Assembly (NCBI GenBank): GCA_020137815.1
Contig: CM035352.1
Span: forward strand, 7,626,001-7,690,000
DNA length: 64,000 nt
Direction: 5' to 3'
DNA from: Hormiphora californensis
Lineage: Eukaryota; Animalia; Ctenophora
Shown: one piece after another, positions 53,613 to 64,000 of the stretch
Layout: every line of letters starts with the position of its first letter
How positions within the stretch are numbered: position 1 is the first letter of the stretch
Program-made: the position numbers and the translations under genes
The notes under the pieces: generated by a model
The model's input: the letters and a program-made list of their open reading frames with translations, nothing else
The model's database searches: none
Told to the model about the DNA's origin: nothing

Positions 53613-56600
53613 TTAATCGGCGTTCAACATTAGAGCAACACCCTGTAGGACCCAATGAGAGGTGTGTTCCTTAGTGGTAATATCCGCTTCAAATACAAGA
53701 CCTACTCCCATAGCGTTACGTCTCTCTGAGGTAGTGTAGACGGGTGTTCGGAAGGTGTTCTGGAGCTTCAACCTATGTGCCTCAATTGGTATCACTTTTA
53801 GAATCGGTAACTCCTCGACCAATATCTTTGGCTTGCTCTTTCTCAGACAACTATTTTCAACATCCCAGGTTCCGCCCTCTAGATACAGACCCTCCACATA
53901 GCACCCATTATGCAGCTTCTCTCTCACATCACCCGCCTTAACGTGCTGTGTGACAGTTGTGTACAGGGTGCTCTTATCAAGTGGCCATCCGTTCTTTCTG
54001 CAGGTAGCCTGGACCAGTGCAGTGAGATAAGATTCAGGGATGTGAAGTCCTGACAGCCACATCACCGCTGGTTCACCCTTCTCTATCCACTCTATGTACT
54101 GAGTGTATCTCCTCTCGAAGTGAGCTATCCAGTTACCAAGACTCTTCAGAGTGTCAGGTGCGAGCCGCCTCCAACTGGCTGGTATCTGACCATTGAACAG
54201 AGCTTTAGCTACCTCATCCAACTCTGCACTCATACCAACTTCTCCGGCTAGAGCTCTCTTTAGAGTCATTACACTCATCTTCATTTTAAATATCAGGGCA
54301 TTGAACCTCTCCAACTCTTGTAGTAGTACAACTGCAGTGGGGGTTATCTCACCAAGCTGTTTCCTAATTCTGTCCAACTCAAACAACACCGGTAATTTCT
54401 CCTCTATGTCAGATGCTACCTTTTCGATGTACTGCTCCCTACTTATACCTCCATCAGAACTAGAAGTCTGGGGCTGCAGTTCGATCATGTAACTACACAT
54501 GTCCTTAGCTGCATTGGTGAAGTATCCTATCTCGGCGTTGCTATGGAGTCCAAATACACAGGGTGTGTTGGCGAGGGGTAGACTATCGATATACTCCAAG
54601 AACTTGTCTCTAGTGCTCTCTTTAGGGATGTTGTAGGAGATTTCCTTGTCTTTGTAGAAGAAGAATGGTTGGAAGGAATCGAAGATGAAGTCTCCCATGT
54701 ATTCGTCCATGTAGGTGTTGATGATACGTCTATCGAATTCATCTATCGCTCTGCCACCATACATAACCTCTCCGATTAGGTACTTTAGAGAACTCCAGGG
54801 GATCTTGCCGTCTATCTCCATCGACTTATCCAGATAAGTCTTGATCAGCTCCATACAGACCCGGAAATCAGACTCGTTGAAGTCATACGGGATGTTCCAA
54901 CCTATCTTACCGTACTTTCGACGTTCCTGTACGACAGCGTGGAAGAAGGCCAGTACAAATACCAACTCAGGATAGGCTTTGTGGCTGCAATCTTGGAGGG
55001 CTTGGGATGGGATCTTGACAAATGTCTGTCGGAGATTTAGTTTCAAACCGTTTGGAGGCTCTGTAACCACCTTGAATGAACGCTGCAGGATGCCAACAGG
55101 GAATTTGGGTGTCGGTTCGGTAGTCAGCCATAACCTGAACTCTGGATGTGGTTTCTGGATCTTTTCTAGCGCCTTTTCAAGATCAATCAGCCAGTTAACG
55201 AGAAGATGACAATTCTGCAACATGAGCCACTGTCCACGTGTAATGGCTGTGTCAAGCAGCTGGAGGGCAGCTTTCTCCTGTCCCTGACCCATGGCAAGGA
55301 ACTTGAGTCGGTTTCCCCCGAATCCAGTCCTATCTGCCAGTTTCATCAAATCAGAAGCTGGATCAGACCCAGGACTAAGGATAAAGACGACAGGAGAGAT
55401 GGGAGAGGATTGTTCAAGGATCGCCTCGAAGGTCACAACGGGAGGGGTGACATATTTCTCACCCATTTGAGCGGTGACGTAGTTGGTGACACCACGGTAT
55501 ACCCGGTCAACTCGGAAACATTTCAGGAGACATAGTTTCTGGAAATCGCCCATTTTGTCTTCCAGACCACCGGGTACTGGACGAGATTCAGGGTCATCCA
55601 TTTCTGCCCAAGTCTTCCACTTGGCTCCATCCCTCTCGACCATTCCGGGGACATCGCCAAGAGAGTGACACACCTCCCCAAACTTCACCAAATCTTCCCA
55701 ACCCTGATCTGGGATCCACGGGTGGGGCTTCTTCCTAGCACTCTTCTCCAGTGAAATGTTACCCTTGACAAAGAAATCAAGCTCTTCATTCCTGAGTTCA
55801 TCCCTCGCTTGTAGAATCTTGATAGTCATCTGGAAGGAGAACAGCAACTTGTGGATCTCGAACAGACCCGTACAGGCGTAGGCGTAGATATTCTGGGTTA
55901 GAGTGTCGATGATATTTCGTAGCCTCTTGTTGAGAAGGGAATCAGGGAGGGATCGGCGAAGTGAGATGTTGAATACCTCAAGGAACGCCATCAGGGAATA
56001 CTGGTACATAGGATTAATGACTGACATGTCCGAGAGAACGAAGAAGAGAACTGCACCACGGTTCGCTGCCATTCTGTATCCATCTCGAGCCCGCTCAATG
56101 TCAACTCCCTGTCTTCACTGACAGTTTCAGTTTCTCTGTAACCTCCGCAGCCTTGGTCTTGGTGTCCTTCCAGAGTGGAGATCAGCTCAGGTATTATCGA
56201 GCATGTTACCAGTAGGAGTTGGCCAACTCCCTGAGGAGAGTGTCCTCCAGATCCTTCAGCTTTTGTTTATTCTGGAAGGTCTCCTGGATCAACTTCTCTC
56301 TCTGCTCCTCCAGTTCCGGTCTCTCATACTTGACAATCACACTTAGCAGCTGATCTTCCAGACCCTTGAGGGTTACAGTGTAATTGATTACCATACTCTT
56401 ACCAAACACTCCAGGGCTGTACTTGGGATTAGCAAGTTTGGTATCCAGGTAAAGTCGGAAGTTTGGATCGTAATCGACCTCCTTATCTCCCAGCACGATG
56501 TACTGTCTCTGTCCAGTACCCTTGATATTCCGCTCCAGGACGTTGTCAATAACAGGATCAATGTACTCATCAACATCCTTGAACAGGAATGGGAAACCGT

Positions 56601-59600
56601 ACTTGATGGCCAGTTCGAGCTGTTTCAGGAAGTCAGCATCGTTGAAGGTACACACCTTGAGGTTATTCTTCTCCTCCCTCTTGGTTATCCAGGTGAGAGC
56701 TTGCTGTTGGGGATCAATACACAGTGGGAACCTGCTACCCTGGGTCGTCAGGATACCATTCTGGACAGACAGCTCATCAGGAGGTAGACCCTCTGAGGTC
56801 CACTGACTGATCTCAACGTCATTAGTCAACAGGGCTTCAAGTCTGAAGGGGTCGCTCATCGGAATACCCCGTTCTTTCAGATCTTTCTCCCAAATATTTT
56901 TCAGAAGGTCCTCTCTGAACTCGAAACTGAAGGCACCCACATAGCAAAGGAAGGCTGATCCTGCCATACAGTCTCCAAGGAGACATGTTCGCCTCTTTTT
57001 CAGCCCATCCAGATCTGCACTCCATCGTCCTTTCTCAGAGGACAGACCAGAGATCAGTTTCTGGGCCGCATCAAGCCGCTTACTCATAAGCTCAGCCTCA
57101 TCCTGGAGCTGTTGTTTCTCAGACATGGCTTCCTCGAACTTCTTGGAAAGGTCTTCTAGCTCTGCTGAGAGACTGGTACACTCGGCGGTGATACGATCTA
57201 ATTCTCGTTTACTAATGGTGAAGTTCTTCTCAAGTTTTGCCACCTTCTCTCGTTTGGGTTTGATCTCCCTTGCAACGGCACAGTACCCAAGGATAGCAGT
57301 CACGAACTGGAGGAGACCAAAACCAGCACTGGATATCGTCTTCATCGCCTCTAGGGTACACTGCGAGTTCTCCTTGAGGATGTTTTTCACTGTTCGCACC
57401 TGTGCGTTGGTGATGTCATCAACCTTCAACTCCTTCAGGTTCTTCAGGAAGTTCGACTCGGACATCATTGCCTTGGCAGACTTCCAGGAAACGTCACGAA
57501 TACCTCGGACAACAAGAACACACTCACACACCGCCTGGACAGTCTTGGGTGGGGTAGCAAATGATCGAATCTCAACAACATCACCCTTGTCCAACTTCTC
57601 GAGGGCAACCCTAGCCAGTTCAAGAGCGGGAAGAGCTTCATTGAGGGCTTCCTCAGCCTCCGCCTTCTCCACAATAATCAACTTGTTTTGTTCTTCCATC
57701 TCAGCACCCTTCTTCACAGCCTCTTTCTGCTTTAGTTTCGTTACCTCTTCCCTCTGTTCAATCTCCTTCAGCAGTTCGTTACAGCTCGTGGTTTTGGCAC
57801 TTACTGCGATCTTCTGGACCTCCAACTTGGCCTTCAGCTCATCAATTTGCTGGGATGCTTCAACCAGTTTTGACAAACCAACCTCGAGACGATTGCATTG
57901 GCTTAGGACAAAGTTATCTTTCTCCTCGAGTAGTCTCAGGAAGGTAGACACAAAGTCAAGATAGTTCTTGGGGGTGACATAGTTGACCCTCCTCAACATT
58001 TGGTGGAACTTGTTGCTCGATGTTATGACGGCCTGGTGAACAAGCACGATATGCTGGATCAGGTTATCACGATGACTTTCAGGTATCAGGGCATTTTCAC
58101 CACCCAGGAAAGTTGAGGCAACAGCCTCCAGGGCCTGAACGGGCCATGGCAGGAACCAATCAATTACCGTCTCATTGACAAGACCAGGGAAGTTTCTGCA
58201 CCGTGTTCTCAGAGTCTCACCGACTGGAGACATGGAGAGGACTATGTGCAGATTTCCAGATGCCTTCTTGATGAAATAGTTCCAACAGTTCTCTTTGTTT
58301 GGGTTGATACCAGCCTTATTCACCTCATCTCTGACATTGTTGATAATGGCTTCTTTCTCGTCATCCGGGAAGAGAGCGGGAACCTGACCAGTCGTCAGCA
58401 TGTTGTTAACCGACTCTAGGAACCCTTCCTCCACCACGTGACCTTCACTGAACAGGAACACTGTGGGCTTGTTCTCAATTCCGAGTTTGTTGTAGAGAAC
58501 CTTGAGGTCCTCCTTGAAACTCTCCTCGTTGTACCCTCGACACAGTGTGATCTCGAATATCTCACAACCAGCAGCGAAAGCAGCTAGTTTTGTTAGGGAT
58601 TGTTTACCGGAACCACCAACACCGACTAGCAGAGCATGGCCGTTAACCATCCTGAGGACTCGATGGATCCTGGTAGCGTGGTCAAGAGCATCCTCGAACA
58701 GCACGATGTTCATTGGATTGAACGTGGCATTGTATTCCTCTAAGATCTCAGTAAAGAGAGCACCGGACGCATCGAAATCCTGGAGATCCTCATAAACTCT
58801 AGGCTCTGTCTCGGGGTTTAGAGCAGCCCTGTAGTCACCAAACAAGATTGGATTTCGTAGCACCACCTCGCTTTCCTCGCGGAAGTTGCTGGAGATGATA
58901 TCATTGAGATGGTTCTGGACCAGGTCCTTATCCTTGTTACTGATCAGTCGATCATGGAAGATTCTCAGGCATTCGTTCCTCCAAACTCGCACAAACGCCG
59001 CCTTTTGTTCATAACGCTCAGGTAGAGTTAAAGACAGACCGTAGTAAATCCGTGACAGATCCCGCAGATTGAAGATGTAATGGAATTTGGAAGGAGTTGG
59101 TGGTAGCTCCTTCACAATATTAGCATACAGCTCCAGAGTGTACTGGGTGAGTGGTTCAGCCAGATCTTGAATATCCTGTTTGAACGTCTGGAGATGTCCC
59201 TTGAGAATGGTCGCATAGATGTAGTTGAGTGTGCTCTCCTCCGGGAATACCATGTTGAACACGCAGAAGAGGGACAGGAACCGAGGGTTGACCTCGTTAC
59301 GACCACCACCAGCCTTACCCATAGCAGCCAGATAGGAAATATCTCTGAAGAACCGCCACTGGAGGTCCTTGCTTCTGTCGTACATGCCACCCTTCTCCAG
59401 AAGGAGTTTAAGCAGCTCAATGGGCTGCTGAGATCCATACGTGTCCACCACGGGCATGTTCATGTCATCCATGAAGACGAGCAACTTCTTACCCGCGGGA
59501 GGCCCAAACGAATCCTTAGTCCTCTTCTCAACATTGGACTCCAAATTCCGTTGGATGTCCATGGAGGTGGTCCGGGATGAGAAGTTGATGTTCAGGACGA

Positions 59601-62600
59601 GACTGGATTCTTTGTCGACACCTCTCAAAACATCCTGGATGGTGGCAGTTTTTGAGGTACCAGTCTCTCCTACCAGTACAATAGGCTGTCTAATTCGGAT
59701 CATGTGGTTTATCAGCCAAGCTGCTCGGGTTGTATCCACTGTGGGAACGAGGATCTCGGTAAAGAGCCTCTCGGGATCGTGGATGTATGGCTCGACAGCC
59801 AGGGACCAGGCCTTCCACTCATTTGCCTCAATATCGAAGAAGTACTCGAACAAGGTAGGAACGGCCGGTTGGGAGTTCACTTGGAGAACAAGTATCACCG
59901 GGTGAATTACCAAGACACGCCAGGCTCTTCAGGGACTCATCAAACTTCACTCGGCCATCCTCCAATAGTGGTCCACCGAGAGAGAAGCAGAGAGCAGAGA
60001 TGAAGAGCGCCTCAATTGTATCACCAGAAAGAGTTGATTGAGCGTTAGTCTCCCCGCTATCAGGAATCAAGACATCCAACATGACAGACAAGTTGGGTAA
60101 CCAATCTCAGATCGGAAATGGGCACAATTGTCTTAGGTTTGGGGACGTTCTTCCCGTTCAGTACACTCCCTCGATGATGTACTCTAGCAGGGGAGGCACG
60201 TACTTGGTGTATAGTCGCTGGAACTCATCAGCCTCGAACTTGATGGACCGCCCCGCGATATACTTCATCCAGAAGGGCTCGTATCGAAGATTCTTTGGGT
60301 CCACATACACCATACCGCACCGGGATACAGTGGCCGGGGAGGCATACTGGAGATCCGCAACTTCGAACAGTAGGGCAACATGGGGCTGGAGACGCATTCG
60401 TTCTCCGTTAGCCAGGGTCAGCAACTTGTTATCAGTCCATCACAGAGTTCATGTTCTCAACCCAGAGCGCATCAACATCACCATCAAACAGAATGTACCG
60501 TCGCTCCTTTTTCTCTGTAGGCTGGTTGACATCTCGGAAGATGTTAGATAGCAGTCCATCAGTCCAATCTCGTGTTACCGGGTCTAGAATACCATACAGT
60601 TCAACTACAGTGACAGCTTTAGGGTTCATCGTGTTGACCTTGGTAGTCATGCCTAGCTTGGTCTGGGCCTTTGCAGAGGGTATCGATTACCACACTCTTT
60701 CCACCGCCAGTAGGTACCCACAATCATAGTGGTATGACGGGTCAACATAGTCTCGTACATCTGTACCGACCTTATCAACCTGATCTGGCTAGGAGGATGT
60801 TGTTACATTCCACAAGGAGCCTTCCTCAACTGCAGTCGTTGAATCTCGGATATCTGACTCTCGGGCAGTCCTAGACCGGGGAACAGATCTCCAATGAGAC
60901 CCTAGGAATAAGGGAACATCCTCAAAGATGAACTTGGGCAGATTCATATCTCGGAGAGCTCTCATCAGTACCGTGTCTTCTGACATCTCTCCAGGCACCT
61001 CGTTTAAGATCACCAGCCATTACCAGCACAGCCTTCAAGGCTCGCAATCCAAAATCGTAATGGTGCTGCTTGGACAGTTGTTCCCGGGCAAGTTTATACA
61101 GGACTGTCATCTTTTTAGCGAGAATCTTGGCCAACTCGAAGCCTTCTAGAGAACAACATGATCTCACAAATCTGCTGCAGATCAGGGACAATAACGACAA
61201 CATGGCCTAAATAGAGCCTTGACACTCTCCGGAAGCTCAGTTCGGCCGGCATAACCAGGGTTCATGGTGATGTATATTCCCATCCTACCATCCATCGAGA
61301 TTCTCAGTGCCCTCGAACTGGAAGTTCTCCAGTTTCATGATGAGAGCATTTTGAATGGTCTTGATCTGGGATGAGATGACAGAGAGTACAGAGACATCAA
61401 TACGGTTGAACTCATCGAAAGCATCCCCAGGCACCACACTGACACAGACCGGAGAAGATCTTTCCAATGGCCTTGAAATCCATACCCTCTCCACAGTTGG
61501 TCACCAAACACAGCAATCCAAAGGCCTTAGCCAAATCCTTGACGGTCTCTGTTTTACCAGTTCCTGCGGGTCCAGCAGGTGCTGTTCCGAGGTACATGGA
61601 GAGAGCCTGGGTCATTGTCAGATAGATCCTGTCTGTTAGAGGTGTGATGACAAGCCGACCATTGAGCCCCATGTACTCGTACCCGTAATCAAATGTACCG
61701 GTACATTGTTTGCACTGTAGGTTATCAATTTCCCGCTCCCAGTAGAACCTCAGCTGTGATTCCCACTCAAACTCACGGACATCGAGGATACTGTCCCGGA
61801 CAAAGTTGTCCACAATATCACGAGCATGGACATCGATTGTCAGCACTGCGTTGTACTTCTTTCGGTCGTTAGAACTCAGCTTTTCTCGGACACGCGTGAC
61901 AAGTTCATTGATCTGACCGTGCATCTTCACCGAGTAATTCTTCATCGCCAGTTTGTCACCCTTTTTCACCTTGGTGAAGACATCCTCCACCTCCCAGGTC
62001 CACCAGACTTGATTAGCAGCCAGAACGATCATACCCTGATAGTTGGACATCCAATCAATCCTCTTTATCTCGTGACAATAGTAGAACACACTCTCCTTAG
62101 TAAGGAGTCGATTAGTTCTTCGCATCTCGTTCAGCACGCTAGTCATCCAATCCTCAACCCGACCCTCCGCAGGGATGGCCTGTCTAAAGTCCATGGTCTC
62201 TCCCTCGCTCGACACCATCGCTTGGGCAGTGTGTTCGTCGTTATTACCCACCTCGAAACTCAGACTCTTGATGTTATCAAACATCTTGATCATGTGTTCC
62301 TGGACGCACGTGGCAGCGGAGGAACCGAGGATGGACAACAACTCGTCATCTGAGATAAAGAAGAACCTGGGGAAGGCATTCCTCTTGGAGTCCAGGTAAT
62401 CGTTCAGAGATTTCTGGCATCGTTCCAAGTCCACACTCATCTTTTCCAGGGTGGTAAGACGGTTATCAGCGTGACATGCATCTAGCACCACCATGGTCTT
62501 TGCTGTGTCATTCATGATCTTCTTGAAGGCCTTGTCAATAATATCGAACTTTTTAGCCTCCTCCGGAAGTTGATGTCTAATGTCCCCTCCAATGAAGATG

Positions 62601-63568
62601 CCCTCTAGGTACATCCACTTCCTCTGCACAACCATCCAAACCTCCACAACCTCACTGATGTGGGACAACTTCTTTTCCCAGCTCTGGACGTTCTCCAGGA
62701 AGGGGCCAACAAACCGTGACGCAGACATACTCTGCAGATTCATAGCATTGTCATCCAGAGACTGCATAATCTCTTCAACAGGACCCAGCACAAAACCTCG
62801 GTCCTGCCCTCCCTTGCTGTATTTGAGGACATTAAACTTAGTGCTGTTCCAGATATCAATGATGTCCTTGAGCCCGTTCTCAATGCTCAGCTCCTTAACG
62901 GCACTGGTAGTAATATCACCTATGACGTCACTAAAGTTGTGCAGCTCCATGGCAAATAGTTGGTCAAGGGTGAAGGTATCTGGATTCATTTCAAAGTTCT
63001 TGCCAGTCAGCTCCATGAGTTTCTTCCAGTGACGCTCCCTAAGAGCATCATTCTTAAGATCCTGGAAGAGAGGAATAGAATCCTTGAACTCCTTCATTTT
63101 CGCCTCAAGGATATTGCAGATTCCCATTGCTCGGATTTTCTTGGGGAACTTTCGAAGCCTCTTCAGGAATATCTCGATACCATCGGAAAGGATGGAGATA
63201 TTGAGATTAGCCCAGAGAGTCTGAGACCACTCCTCCTGACCCTTCTTCTGGTCACTGTAGAGACTGTAGATCATGTCATAGCCCTGCATATCTGCCTCGA
63301 GAGACACCATATCCGGGTACATACTGATAGGCAACCCAAACAACTTCTCTGCATTAGCCAACTCCTGCCGCTCGTTCTGGTACTTCTCAAACAGTTCCTT
63401 GAAGATCTTTTGCTGGTTGATTCCCTTATCCAGATCATATCCCACAGCACCAGGACCCTCCATAAGGAATTTCTCCCTGAATGCCGAGAGGTCTTCCTTG
63501 AATTTGTCCACTTGGGTCAGGGTGATCTCTGTGAACTTCTTCTTGACTGAGACCAGCGACTGGTTCAC
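53613..63568 (-). CDS. DNAH10: Axonemal dynein heavy chain 10 (inner arm I1/f alpha), terminal ~10-kb exon with multiple frameshifts; 5' part lies outside the window
   Basis: [11 protein letters not shown]-loops [16 protein letters not shown] and [18 protein letters not shown], stalk coiled coil, C-terminus [21 protein letters not shown]; acceptor at 63569-63570. Confidence 0.92.
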
Positions 63569-64000
63569 CTGTAGAAGAGAGTGGTGTTAGAAACAGGGCA
63601 CAAGGATAATCTGGATATGGTCATTTTTTTTAACTTGTGCAAAAATTTTTCCGAAAATGACATAAGTTCAGTTTTTTCGACTTTTATCATAGTTTTTGTC
63701 AAAAAATATTATTTTCCAACGAATATTATGTGTAAAAGTGTATAGGGAATAGATTTACAGGCAAAATAAATTAAAAACTCATCTCGTGAGGTGCCGGTGA
63801 CCATGTTTGCAAAAGCGTGTGCCATTCCGTCAAATTTTAACATTTTTTCCCAAAATTTTCGAAAATATGCTGAAAAATGTCCAATATAAACACCTTTAAA
63901 ATATGTAAGCAAACTTACTCAATCTATGAGGTGCAACCGGTGTTTAAAGTTACACTGTATACTTACAACTACTTAAGCCCGTAGCACCTCACGTTTCACG

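Noticed and set aside
59900-61420. Programmed frameshifting or RNA editing in dynein (and FAM47 exon 1)
   Set aside because: The indels are scattered single bases, often in short homopolymers, and clustered regionally, as expected for consensus errors
54193-63590. Plus-strand ORFs up to 279 aa overlapping dynein (likewise over the IP3R large exon)
   Set aside because: Antisense shadows of long coding sequence, with no recognisable motifs

Overview
Eukaryotic (animal) genomic DNA with GT-AG introns and long (GA)n tracts; the general style suggests a ctenophore, but that is inference. Eight protein-coding genes can be reconstructed: aldolase (5' part, -), a WDCP-like WD/coiled-coil gene (-), a HUNK-like kinase (-), a CYP46-like P450 (+), a class A GPCR (+) with an antisense LINE in its intron, a highly divergent IP3-receptor-family channel (-), a FAM47-like gene (-) and the 3' ~10 kb of axonemal dynein DNAH10 (-, with indels that look like sequencing errors). 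Three observations stand out. (1) Two 173-nt tandem exons, 37 nt apart, encode alternative TM5/pore-helix/selectivity-filter segments of the IP3R-like channel and look mutually exclusive. (2) A 23-bp hairpin element (also present as a 71-bp repeat-spacer-repeat form) is flanked by exact 8-bp target-site duplications at three unrelated sites. (3) Tandem repeats whose unit straddles a splice junction recur in five genes, up to 43 copies of one acceptor. The window also holds a MULE/foldback-like element carrying a retrotransposon fragment, a Helitron, MITEs and many intronic palindromes. Gene identities come from remembered family motifs, not database searches.
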